DNA of 31,881 nt, from positions 1 through 31,881 of the forward strand of contig DAOVET010000024.1 in the NCBI GenBank assembly GCA_030668825.1, written 5' to 3'. The position numbers and the translations under genes were made by a program. Positions 10,001-18,371 of the stretch are shown one piece after another (within the stretch, counting starts at the first letter, position 1; the number at the start of each line of letters is the position of its first letter). The DNA comes from Candidatus Heimdallarchaeota archaeon (lineage in GTDB: Archaea > Asgardarchaeota > Heimdallarchaeia > Heimdallarchaeales > Heimdallarchaeaceae). The notes under the pieces were generated by a model that saw only the letters and a program-made list of their open reading frames with translations, searched no databases and was not told where the DNA came from.

Positions 10001-10634
10001 TACGTGGATTTATAAGATCATAATCTTCATTTTTTTCTACAGCTTTCATAAATTGTTCTGTAATAGCTACTGAAAGATTGAAGTTGGTCAAACGAGACTG
10101 ATCCTCTTTGCAAGTGATGAATTCCATAATATCAGGATGGTCAACTCGTAGAATACCCATATTAGCACCCCTCCTCCTGCCACCTTGTTTCACTGTATTA
10201 GTTGCTGCATTAAATACTTCCATAAAAGAAAGAGGACCACTGGCTATTCCCCCAGTAGTTTTTACAACATCATTTTTTGGCCTAAGCTTAGAAAAACTGA
10301 AACCTGTTCCTCCGCCACTTTGGTGAATCAGAGCAGAATGCTTTACAGCATCAAAGATTGAAGACATATCATCTTCTATCGGCAGGACAAAACAAGCACT
10401 GAGTTGACCTAGAGCTGTTCCTGCATTCATAAGTGTTGGTGAATTTGGCAAAAACCTTAGTGATGCCATCAATTCAAAAAATTCTATCCTTTCCTCTTCT
10501 GAGCTAGCAATAGAACTTGCAACACGATTGAACATCTCTTCAGGTGTCTCTATCACTTTGTTATTTTCATCTCTAAGAAGATATCTTTTTTCAAGAACAG
10601 TTTGAGCATTTTTTGATAATATTACTGCTGTCAC
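7095..10634 (-). CDS. nrdJ: Class II (adenosylcobalamin-dependent) ribonucleotide reductase, intein-containing, with C-terminal TSCPD-like/Zn-ribbon domains
   Basis: FLPNSPTLMNAG, QLSACFV, QGGRRRGANMG, TNP|CGE split by the intein, CNLGSINL, IAPTGTIS, KGITVYRDGSR, C-terminal SCPD and CPDC..CRSCGYSKC. GTG start. Confidence 0.95.
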   Translation of the reverse strand: MTAVILSKNAQTVLEKRYLLRDENNKVIETPEEMFNRVASSIASSEEERIEFFELMASLRFLPNSPTLMNAGTALGQLSACFVLPIEDDMSSIFDAVKHSALIHQSGGGTGFSFSKLRPKNDVVKTTGGIASGPLSFMEVFNAATNTVKQGGRRRGANMGILRVDHPDIMEFITCKEDQSRLTNFNLSVAITEQFMKAVEKNEDYDLINPRINKALGRMNAKEVFNKIVEMAWKNGEPGIVFIDRINKDNPTPELGEIESTNPCVTGDTLVYTADGRGSVSIKQLADEEQDVPVFSENFEGKIAIRYMRNPRKTGTKQPIYRISLDTGEEIKATANHKFYLRDGSMKRVDELKPNDSLHILTKRLQPQKGKYTVTEFNRYWRMYNRGKSDKSEHTHIASFFHNNDKSIPEEFVVHHKDFNSENNEPENLEIMTIDAHYLLHSESIKGNNNPIYKIKKDNKKWELYKKKNPFYQTKGENNPRFGVVLSDGVKKKIGVSIRNCHAIDPNYKKIQSNKSIKLWQNKRYRKKTELGYRRRAKRKLEYCKKQTDLECYLDKNSVRVRKVCEHCGSAFDLSYSKREISYCSQKCSIEVFNTDEKIKHNRIKSINYTYKKKTENNKELQIKIFKGLKSEFKRIPFKKEWVSKCKDEEIPYRLGTKYGFQTYYELKEAAVMYNHRIVDVEYIGKEDVYNGTVDDFHSYFIGGFTSKSDKSKKITYLKTRNCGELPMLAWESCNLGSINLLQHVKKGKIDWDLLENSVRTAVRFLDNVIEKNQYILPEIEQITKANRKIGLGIMGFADLLVKLKIRYDSEEGLAKANEVMAFVQKKARDESQVLGEKRGNFPNFNRSIYRDQSENLRNATVTSIAPTGTISLIAGCSSGIEPYYAIAFTRNVLDGKKLFDVNPLFEQNLKDLKIHSEELLEKVSSSNTIQDLEEVPEDLRNIFVTSHDITPEWHIRMQAAFQRYNDNATSKTINFSSTATKEDIANAYMLAYKQGCKGITVYRDGSRKYQVLSTKKPEKQDAKTLTIISEKVEPRPRPEVTEGRTHKIRSGCGNLYVTVNRDEKGVCEVFVQVGKSGGCIASQSEAVGRLISLALRSGIKLESIADHLSGIRCPNPNFYQGQTVLSCPDGIAHVLEKYLDGETIIRPNGTIACPDCGSMLEFAEGCFTCRSCGYSKCD
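8469..9845 (-). mobile_element. 459-aa intein with HNH homing endonuclease, NUMOD3-like motifs and Zn finger
   Basis: Block A CVTGDTLV, block B ATANHKF, block F VYNGTVDDFHSY, C-terminus KTRN|C. Internal VVHHKDFNSENNEPENL (HNH), GNNNPIY and GENNPRFG (NUMOD3-like), CEHC...CSQKC. Confidence 0.92.
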
Positions 10635-10852
10635 AATAACCCCTTTCTTAGTGTATTTTTACTTTGTTTTATAAACCCCGACGAGTTTTTTGACTTGTTG
10701 CATGATTTTACAAAATCGAAACTACAAGTAAGTATAATAAAGGATTCGATACGATATTTAAGCCTTTACAACATTCATTTATCTCTAGGTTCAACTCCTC
10801 TAAGTGCTGTAGAAATCCGACAAAAATAATACGCGAAAGTTACAGAAACGAG

Positions 10853-10917
10853 ATTGATTTTAAATCAATTAAAAATACTATGGACAAAAATCATGCCTTA
10901 CACAAAACATTTGTCCA
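10853..10917. promoter_or_regulatory. Two inverted repeats in the divergent nrdJ/pilin promoter region
   Basis: ATTGATTT-T-AAATCAAT (10853-10869) and TGGACAAA-N21-TTTGTCCA (10881-10917). Confidence 0.4.
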
Positions 10918-10975
10918 GCTATGGTGGGGAATTCCGATAAACTTTAATTTATGCAAGTTATATTAGTCCCATACA

Positions 10976-11836
10976 ATGAAATTCAGAATGAATCGAAGAG
11001 CATTATCTCCAATAGTATCAGTTGTATTAATGTTTGCACTAATAACTGCTGCAATAGGGATTTCTCTTGTTTACATGATGCCCAGCATTAGTCAGTTCAA
11101 AGATAAAAGCTACAATAATAGTAGTAACCTGTATTTCATAGCTCTAGATGCCACTATACAAGATCTAATTCAAAATCTTCCTCCTGCAAGTTCAGACTTC
11201 CTATATGTACAAGAAGAAGGAACTATACATGTAGTTGAAGATTGGGCTTTTACATTCATTCTGAAAGATATTTTAGGAGCTCAAAATAGTTTGGTTTTAC
11301 AAGATAATATTACGAGAATCATTCATCGTAGTACAGCTGTAGGAGATTACAGTGAAGGAGAACATAGATATATAGTTGGTCCTCAAAATCAAGACTATCT
11401 GTTTCTCAATGGAAGTAGTACAGTCTACAACGACATAGCAGTTGTAAATACTTCAAGAGCTGTATACGAACCTGCATTTCTAGAATTAGCACTCTATTAT
11501 AGATATACTCTATCTACCGAATATGTGGTTTCAGGAATTGAGGAAATCTACTACATGGACATTATTAATGTGAAGTTTGTTCAAGATGATTCTGTTTCAT
11601 TATTTAGCGAAACTCAGAAATATGTTAATATTCAACTAACCTATGCAGGAACAGAAACACAACATCTAGGGGAGATTGAATATAGTAATGATATGCAAGG
11701 TGAAATAACCTTGATAAACCAATATAGATATCAACTAAAGGAGTATCCTATATATTTCCCAGCAAATCCAAGTTATTTAGCACATAAGATTGTCGCAAAT
11801 CTAATTACTATAATAATAAATGTATCACTAAGTTAA
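10976..11836 (+). CDS. Archaeal type IV pilin-like protein with class III signal peptide
   Basis: MKFRMNRRA|LSPIVSVVLMFALITAAIG; beta-rich body with N-glycosylation sequons. Confidence 0.85.
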   Translation: MKFRMNRRALSPIVSVVLMFALITAAIGISLVYMMPSISQFKDKSYNNSSNLYFIALDATIQDLIQNLPPASSDFLYVQEEGTIHVVEDWAFTFILKDILGAQNSLVLQDNITRIIHRSTAVGDYSEGEHRYIVGPQNQDYLFLNGSSTVYNDIAVVNTSRAVYEPAFLELALYYRYTLSTEYVVSGIEEIYYMDIINVKFVQDDSVSLFSETQKYVNIQLTYAGTETQHLGEIEYSNDMQGEITLINQYRYQLKEYPIYFPANPSYLAHKIVANLITIIINVSLS

Positions 11837-11846
11837 GGAGAGTTTC

Positions 11847-12311
11847 ATGCCAAGCGAATATATCATGTACCTATCTATTCTTCTTGTTGGAACACTTGCT
11901 ATAGCAGGTATAGCAGTTACAATGGTAGCTATAAATAATACAATGGAAGAAACAGCTATTAAAACGAATATGGAAAACATATTGCAAAATATGGCAGAAA
12001 CGATTCACAATCTATTAAACGAAGGTCAGAATCAGATTAACCTAGGAGCCATTTCTATAAACATGCAACGACCTTTAACGCTACCTCAAGAAATTCAAAA
12101 TGAAGCATATGAAATAGAGGTTGTATCTTCAGAGAATACTTACTCACTTAAAGCAACTGTAATAGAAAATGAGGATATTTTTGTGACTGTATCCTTGTTT
12201 ATTGATCCGGGTGTTTTAACTATATCTGGGACAATATCAAGCTTGAATTCATCACCAACAATTATCTACGTGTATGATGGAGTAGATATCAGTATATCTC
12301 TAATTGATTAG
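11847..12311 (+). CDS. Minor pilin-like protein (N-terminal hydrophobic helix, no basic leader)
   Basis: SEYIMYLSILLVGTLAIAG N-terminal helix and a LTLPQEIQNEAYEI motif typical of archaeal minor pilins; AAGGAG RBS; lies between the pilin and the ATPase. Confidence 0.7.
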   Translation: MPSEYIMYLSILLVGTLAIAGIAVTMVAINNTMEETAIKTNMENILQNMAETIHNLLNEGQNQINLGAISINMQRPLTLPQEIQNEAYEIEVVSSENTYSLKATVIENEDIFVTVSLFIDPGVLTISGTISSLNSSPTIIYVYDGVDISISLID

Positions 12312-12347
12312 CTTTTCTTGTTATTTCATATATTTTTTACCTAATAT

Positions 12348-12365
12348 GAAAAATAACTTTAAAAA
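12348..12365 (+). promoter_or_regulatory. BRE/TATA box of the ATPase gene
   Basis: GAAAAATAAC-TTTAAAAA ending about 22 nt before ATG 12388, consistent with a leaderless transcript. Confidence 0.4.
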
Positions 12366-12387
12366 GAGTAGTATATATAATTAATTC

Positions 12388-13923
12388 ATGCAAGATGATA
12401 CTGGTGAAGCCTTTGTTGATACAGCAGCAGTTCCAATTCTTGAAGAGACATATCCAGTAAGCCCTCCATTCTCTTATGTTTTGATACAAACTGATCCTAC
12501 CACCAAGCGTACACAATATATGATAGTAGAAATTCCTCTTGATAGCAAGGAAACTGCTATTTATAACAAAATATTCTCTATTATGGTAGATGAATTGGAC
12601 GTTGATTTTACTGTATTGAAATCAACTGAAAAGGCTGAAGAATTTTTGAAGAAGAAAATAGTTGATATCATTAAACGTTATCGTATTTCGTTGAATGAAT
12701 CACAATTTGAGAAGATTATGTACTACCTTACACGAGATTTAATTGGATATGGGAAGATTCAGCCCTTTATGCTTGATCCTAACATAGAAGATATTTCTTG
12801 TGATGGAACTGGTATCCCAATTTATGTTTGGCATAGAAAATATGAATCTATTGCAACCAACATCTCATTTGATACAGATGAAGAGTTAGATAGTTTTATC
12901 ATAAAATTAGCTCAACGAGCAAACAGACATATAAGCATTGCAAATCCCCTGTTAGATGCATCTCTACCTGATGGAAGCAGAATACAACTAACCTATGGAA
13001 AAGAGGTAACTCAACGAGGATCCACATTTACTGCAAGAAAATTCAAAGCAGATCCTTTTACAATTACAGACTTAATTCTTTACAATACAATAGATCAAGA
13101 TATTGCAGCTTATTATTGGTTTACAATGGAACATAATATTAGTACAATGATTGCTGGTGGTACTGCAGCAGGAAAAACCACTTTGTTGAATACTATTGCT
13201 ATGATGATTAAACCTGATTTGAAGGTAGTTACAATTGAAGATACAGCAGAATTGAATTTAGCCCATGAAAACTGGATTCCAAGTGTTGTTCGTTCTGGTT
13301 TTGGAGAAACAACAGAAACGGGATACGGAAGAGGACAAATCTCGATGTTTGAATTAGTTCGTGCAGCAATGAGACAAAGACCAGATTATATTATTGTGGG
13401 TGAAATCAGAGGAGACGAAGCCTACGCGATGTTTCAAGCGATGAGTACAGGTCATAGGGGTTTAGGTACTATTCATGGTGATTCTGTGGAAGGGGTAATT
13501 CACAGATTAGAGAGCAAACCAATGAATATTCCAAGATCAATGATGAAATCATTAGATTTGATTCATGTTATAAGAAAAGTAAGATTACAATCCAAATTCG
13601 CACGTCGTACTCAATCAGTTACTGAATTGATAGGTTTAGATCCAGTTACTGAAGAAATTCTAACAAACAAACTCTATCAATGGAATCCAAAGGATGATAC
13701 ATTCATTTACTTCGGAAGAAGTTATGTATTAGAAAAAATCATGGAGAATACCGGAATAACTGAACAAGAAATCTTTGACGAACTCGAAAGAAGAAAAACC
13801 ATCTTGAGATGGATGGTCAAAAAGAGAATTCGTTACTTCGAAGATGTAGCTTCTGTTATCCAAGAATATAATTCTGACCCAGATAGAACTCTTGAAAAGG
13901 CAAGAAAGGGTCTCAAAGCATAA
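12388..13923 (+). CDS. Type II/IV secretion system ATPase (ArlI/FlaI-PilB-TadA family)
   Basis: DPNIEDISCDG, Walker A GGTAAGKTT, Asp box TIEDTAEL, Walker B RQRPDYIIVGEIRG, His box TGH..TIH. Confidence 0.95.
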   Translation: MQDDTGEAFVDTAAVPILEETYPVSPPFSYVLIQTDPTTKRTQYMIVEIPLDSKETAIYNKIFSIMVDELDVDFTVLKSTEKAEEFLKKKIVDIIKRYRISLNESQFEKIMYYLTRDLIGYGKIQPFMLDPNIEDISCDGTGIPIYVWHRKYESIATNISFDTDEELDSFIIKLAQRANRHISIANPLLDASLPDGSRIQLTYGKEVTQRGSTFTARKFKADPFTITDLILYNTIDQDIAAYYWFTMEHNISTMIAGGTAAGKTTLLNTIAMMIKPDLKVVTIEDTAELNLAHENWIPSVVRSGFGETTETGYGRGQISMFELVRAAMRQRPDYIIVGEIRGDEAYAMFQAMSTGHRGLGTIHGDSVEGVIHRLESKPMNIPRSMMKSLDLIHVIRKVRLQSKFARRTQSVTELIGLDPVTEEILTNKLYQWNPKDDTFIYFGRSYVLEKIMENTGITEQEIFDELERRKTILRWMVKKRIRYFEDVASVIQEYNSDPDRTLEKARKGLKA

Positions 13924-13971
13924 GAAGACTATATAGTCTTTTTTTATTTTATTTTTCATCAAATAAGTGTA

Positions 13972-13979
13972 TTTATATA
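13972..13979 (+). promoter_or_regulatory. TATA box of hsp20
   Basis: TTTATATA after a purine-rich stretch and after a T-rich terminator-like tract (13939-13956). Confidence 0.45.
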
Positions 13980-14022
13980 CAAAGATGTCTATTTTTTCTC
14001 AACGATTGGGTGCTGGTTTATC

Positions 14023-14649
14023 ATGAATCCAGAGGATAACGATAAGAAAAAGAAAAAGAAAACTCCTGATGATTATAAAAGTCCTTTTGATTTCTTTGGA
14101 AGCGATGAAATTGATATAAATAAAATCATGGAAGACTTCATTCCCTTTCTGAAAGGTTCTTCATTCGGGAAGATGATTGATGAAATGCTGAAGAATCTTA
14201 TGAATAACTTCGAGGGTGGACTTGATCCAGGTATGTTAGAAAATATGTCAAACAATCCTTTTGTTTATGGTTTCAAAATTGGAGTAGATGAAGATGGAAA
14301 ACCAAATTTCAATCAATTTGGAAATCTTAAACCCAAGGCGTATGGAGACATTGAAACTTCAGAGACTAGAGAACCTTTAATAGACGTTTTTAAGGAAAAA
14401 GATTGCGTAAGAGTTATTGCAGAGGTTCCAGGAATTAGTAAGGGAGACATAAGTTTGACAGGAACTGAAGAAACACTCAGAATCAGAGCTCATTCTGAAT
14501 CAAGAAAATACGAGAAGGCTGTAAGTCTTCCTACTCCTGTAGATATATCAACTGCCAAAGCAAAATACAAGAATGGAGTTTTGGAAGTTATCATTAAGAG
14601 AAAGAAAAACGTAAAGAAAGATAAAGGCCACAAAATAGATGTTGAATAG
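14023..14649 (+). CDS. hsp20: Archaeal small heat shock protein Hsp20
   Basis: PFVYGF..DGKP..FGN, REPLIDVF, VIAEVPG, AKAKYKNGVLEV, C-terminal IDVE (IxI/V). Confidence 0.93.
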   Translation: MNPEDNDKKKKKKTPDDYKSPFDFFGSDEIDINKIMEDFIPFLKGSSFGKMIDEMLKNLMNNFEGGLDPGMLENMSNNPFVYGFKIGVDEDGKPNFNQFGNLKPKAYGDIETSETREPLIDVFKEKDCVRVIAEVPGISKGDISLTGTEETLRIRAHSESRKYEKAVSLPTPVDISTAKAKYKNGVLEVIIKRKKNVKKDKGHKIDVE

Positions 14650-14665
14650 GTTCTTCTCCTTCCAC

Positions 14666-15346
14666 TTAAATTTCTAACCACAACCAGATATTATGAGGTA
14701 ACAATGCTGTTATCATTTGTCCTGCAGCTAAATCTGCTGAATATCTACCGTCACCCAAATTTGTTACAGAAGTACTAGGAGAGATAGCTACAATCCCATT
14801 GTTTAACATTGTTTTAACCCCATTTGCTTCTTTGTAAAGATAAACATAATTCAAATTACCAACTGTTCCAGATGCTTCCATGAAATATGTTGTATTAAGA
14901 TGAATTACACTTTCATAGAATAGGTCTAAACTGTTAATATGGATTGAAACCTCAACCTCAAAATGAACAAATACAGGATTATTAGATGTACTACTATTCG
15001 CAATAATTAGATTAACATCATCATAAGTTAAGATAGATGGAAGGTTGTGATCATCCAGATAAGCTTCGATTTGTTCCATTCCTTCATCCATTATGGTTAG
15101 AACATCATCCCGAGATGCCCCCAATGACAACTGAGATAAAGCAACATTTGATAAGTCATCTATTGCGTTGAGACTATTATCTAAATAATCAAACAATTGC
15201 TGCTGATTTGGTGCTGGATTAATGTATGGACTTTGTGTTATTTGGAATATAGTTGCAGATATAATAATGAGAAAAATGAGTATTGTAATAGACAAGAGCA
15301 AGAAAACCTGTCCTCGTTTGTTTTTAGTGAGAGATACTTTCTTCAT
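14666..15346 (-). CDS. Pilin-like protein with class III signal peptide
   Basis: MKKVSLTKNKRG|QVFLLLSITILIFLIIIS. Likely ATG 15346, 1 nt after the upstream stop, with an AGGTG RBS. Confidence 0.8.
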   Translation of the reverse strand: MKKVSLTKNKRGQVFLLLSITILIFLIIISATIFQITQSPYINPAPNQQQLFDYLDNSLNAIDDLSNVALSQLSLGASRDDVLTIMDEGMEQIEAYLDDHNLPSILTYDDVNLIIANSSTSNNPVFVHFEVEVSIHINSLDLFYESVIHLNTTYFMEASGTVGNLNYVYLYKEANGVKTMLNNGIVAISPSTSVTNLGDGRYSADLAAGQMITALLPHNIWLWLEI

Positions 15347-15347
15347 C

Positions 15348-15815
15348 TTAAACACCTTTTAACCATACTTTTAGATGAATGGTACATGGAATCAATTCGC
15401 CATTCACTTCTGAGATAAGATAATCAATACCTATAGCTTCAGTAGAAGGTGCAAGATGTTGATTTATCCAACTCCCTGATATTTCTAAGCTCGTAGCGAG
15501 GTTTTCATAATATAGATTAAATTCACCATTGTCGGGTAATGAGCCATAAATTGCTTGCTCAATAACTGTTTGATAGTAAGTAATGTTTGCGGTTTGACTA
15601 TTTAGAACGGAATAAATATAAGCATCAAGTATATTCAGATTATCCAATGATTTTAGAGTTGTATATACTTCCTCGTGGTAATTTGCTTCTATTGGTGGTT
15701 GTGTAGCAATTTGAACTTCATACAAAGCAGTTACCATGATTATCATAACAGATACAGCGATAAAGGCTTCTATGATGAAAAGTTGTGCTTTTCTATTCTT
15801 TGTTAGTTTTTTCAT
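15348..15815 (-). CDS. Pilin-like protein with class III signal peptide
   Basis: MKKLTKNRKA|QLFIIEAFIAVSVMIIMV; C-terminal LKVW strand. Confidence 0.82.
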   Translation of the reverse strand: MKKLTKNRKAQLFIIEAFIAVSVMIIMVTALYEVQIATQPPIEANYHEEVYTTLKSLDNLNILDAYIYSVLNSQTANITYYQTVIEQAIYGSLPDNGEFNLYYENLATSLEISGSWINQHLAPSTEAIGIDYLISEVNGELIPCTIHLKVWLKGV

Positions 15816-15819
15816 TGTA

Positions 15820-17010
15820 TCACCAGTACCAAATTTGACATTTTAGAAGTACATTTCTGATAGTAAACAGTTTAGTTTTTGAAATGTAAGTTTGTTGATC
15901 TTGGAAAGAGGAATGTGCGAATATTCCACCGTGAATGGAATTTTGAAACATGGGAACTCCAATATAACCTGCAGAATATGTTGATTCAGATCTCTCATTT
16001 ACTACAACAACAGCTAATCCATTAGTGGTTATCGAAATACCTGTTCCTGAATATATCTCGCCTTCAGCTGTTGTTTCTTGAGTTAAATTCTGTTTATGAT
16101 GGTCTACCCCTAAATCTGAAAAAGGAAACACAACAATTGCATGAGCCTCATCACTCAACACATTTCGTTCAACGGTTACATCTATTGCTGAACCAGGTGA
16201 GTTAGTATTTTCTTTAACAAAAGGTCGAAAATCAAAATCAACAAAGTAATACTCAAGACCACTACTTTCTCTAACCAATCTTTTAACAATATAATCTTGA
16301 AAAATCTCTCCAACTTGAGCAAATACAACTATTGTATAATAATCTGTTTCGGGAGCGGTTAATGTTGCTCTGAAGCTTATAGAACCAGAAATATCTTTGG
16401 TAGTTGTATAGTTTGAGACCACATTGTTATTATTATCAATCGCAAAAGCCCAAATTTCAGCGCCTTCTATTGGGGTTTGATATTCATTAACTTCACCATA
16501 AAGATTGATTACACCGAAAGCAGCAGTATAATCATTAATGGAAATTGAAATTGGAGAATATATACTGATAGCGAAATCTCGGATCATGTGGTATGCTACT
16601 TTCACATTCAGATAGTTTATTGTCCAATAGGAAGACAGATCACTAGTCAACCTATTTATTTTTGTAAAGTCAAGATCACCATTTGCTCCCATCAGACCCA
16701 GTCTAAAATCTGTTAAAGATACAGTAGCAATGGTACCCCAATTAGTTGGATTACCCTTAGAAGAGAAAATATTACTGTATAATTTGTTCAATTCTTGTTC
16801 TTGAGAATAGGTTTCCATCTGCACTAAAGAGGGAATTAATAAATTTGAAAGAACAAGAATTACCTGGCTGAAAGCTATCACGAAGATTAGAAGAGCTAAT
16901 GCAAAATCAACGCCTCTTATCTGAGCTTTCCTTCCCTTAAGGAATGCTTTCAAACCTTTCTTCTTATTTTTTTCTTTCAATTCTTTATTCTCCTTTATCT
17001 TCTGCATCAT
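15820..17010 (-). CDS. Large pilin-like/adhesin protein with class III signal peptide
   Basis: KGRKA|QIRGVDFALALLIFVIAF, GNPTNW..LGL motif, ends IWYW. Start uncertain: ATG 17010/17007, or TTG 16980 after GGAG. Confidence 0.78.
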   Translation of the reverse strand: MMQKIKENKELKEKNKKKGLKAFLKGRKAQIRGVDFALALLIFVIAFSQVILVLSNLLIPSLVQMETYSQEQELNKLYSNIFSSKGNPTNWGTIATVSLTDFRLGLMGANGDLDFTKINRLTSDLSSYWTINYLNVKVAYHMIRDFAISIYSPISISINDYTAAFGVINLYGEVNEYQTPIEGAEIWAFAIDNNNNVVSNYTTTKDISGSISFRATLTAPETDYYTIVVFAQVGEIFQDYIVKRLVRESSGLEYYFVDFDFRPFVKENTNSPGSAIDVTVERNVLSDEAHAIVVFPFSDLGVDHHKQNLTQETTAEGEIYSGTGISITTNGLAVVVVNERSESTYSAGYIGVPMFQNSIHGGIFAHSSFQDQQTYISKTKLFTIRNVLLKCQIWYW

Positions 17011-17413
17011 CGCCCAGTATTCTTTCTTCAAGAAGAGATTTAATCTCTGCAAGAGTAGCTTCTAACTCGACTAACTCCATACCTTTGTCAAGAAGATTAG
17101 AGGCTCTTTCTTGCATATCTTCTGCTTTTTGGATTCTATCTGAAACCAAATTATCGATTTGGTCCTTAATTTGAATTAAATCTTCTTTGGTACTTATAGA
17201 CTGTCCAAGTTGTTCTATTTTGTCTTCCAAAGGACCGAGATCAACTGAAACAGAACCAACAATTCCTTCAGAATCTCCATCTGCTGAAGGAATAACTCCT
17301 TTTTCTAGAGTACCCATAATTCTGACTACATTAAAACTGATTTGATTAGTTAATCTCTGTAGCTCATCAACTTGTTCCTTAATATTTTTAACATCGTCTT
17401 CAAGTTTTCCCAT
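16985..17413 (-). CDS. Soluble acidic coiled-coil protein within the pilus operon
   Basis: Heptad-patterned helices joined by a G/S/D linker; no transmembrane segment; tightly packed in the operon. Confidence 0.75.
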   Translation of the reverse strand: MGKLEDDVKNIKEQVDELQRLTNQISFNVVRIMGTLEKGVIPSADGDSEGIVGSVSVDLGPLEDKIEQLGQSISTKEDLIQIKDQIDNLVSDRIQKAEDMQERASNLLDKGMELVELEATLAEIKSLLEERILGDDAEDKGE

Positions 17414-17433
17414 AGTTTCATCACATCCGATTA

Positions 17434-18363
17434 CTATATTCCAATTGATATCAATGGATTATCTGGTTGAATTAATATCTTGAATGCAAACCAACCTAAG
17501 AACATAAGTACCACTGAATGCATTAATCCTGCTTTTACGGACATTTTAGACATTTTTCCTGCCACTAATCCCGAGAAGAACCCTTGAACTGCTAGCATGT
17601 GTAAGAATAGAACTTCAAGTACATCCAAATCTATATTCACTAAAAACATTCCAGCTGTTTGTTCTGCTGAAATATTTGCTGAGAAGAATGGAATAAAGAA
17701 TGTTTGAAATAGAATCACTACAACCAGGATGAAAATTATAAAAGAAGCATAAACAATCCAGACATATGGCTTCATTGCGCCCTCTCTTTCCTTTTTGAGA
17801 TTTAGGAGAGTCTGTACATATTTTTCAGTTGCTTCAAATATTTCTTCAAGATTCCCTCCAGATCTTTCAGCTTCGAGAATCAATAAAGTAGCTCTTTGTG
17901 CTAAAGGAGTATTAATTGACTTTTGAAAGTCAGTCATAGCTTGATTAAAAGGTATCCCCCAAGAAATTTTGCTGGACATTTTCCTTAATTCAGGTGTTAG
18001 AGGACCATATTGACGCTTTGCAGATTCTTTAATTGCCCTTGGTAGAGCCATACCTGTACGCTGAGCATTGCTAATTTCCCTCAGAAGATATGGCAAGTTT
18101 TCATCAATTCTTGATTGTCTTCTTTCCTCTCTATAAATAATCAGAAATGTGGGAATTCCTATTACCACAATAATTGCTAAAATTACGAAATCATTAATAT
18201 CGAGAATTGTGATGAAATCATCACCAGTTCGTTGAACAAGAACATCTATTATTCCTAATGTAACTAGAATTACACCAGCAACTCCAGCAATTACCCAGTA
18301 AACCAAATCTTGTGTGATTTGAAACTTTTTTACCTCAACTTCAACTTCGTCACTTATTGCCAT
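17434..18363 (-). CDS. Type II secretion system F (TadC/ArlJ-like) membrane platform protein
   Basis: IDENLPYLLREIS..RTGMAL, YGPLTPEL, AERSGGNL, GFFSGLVAGKM; several TM helices. Confidence 0.9.
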   Translation of the reverse strand: MAISDEVEVEVKKFQITQDLVYWVIAGVAGVILVTLGIIDVLVQRTGDDFITILDINDFVILAIIVVIGIPTFLIIYREERRQSRIDENLPYLLREISNAQRTGMALPRAIKESAKRQYGPLTPELRKMSSKISWGIPFNQAMTDFQKSINTPLAQRATLLILEAERSGGNLEEIFEATEKYVQTLLNLKKEREGAMKPYVWIVYASFIIFILVVVILFQTFFIPFFSANISAEQTAGMFLVNIDLDVLEVLFLHMLAVQGFFSGLVAGKMSKMSVKAGLMHSVVLMFLGWFAFKILIQPDNPLISIGI

Positions 18364-18371
18364 TTTTTCAC

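Noticed and set aside
10785-10805. GGTTCAACTCC resembling a tRNA T-loop
   Set aside because: Only a 3-bp stem; no acceptor, D or anticodon arms could be folded.
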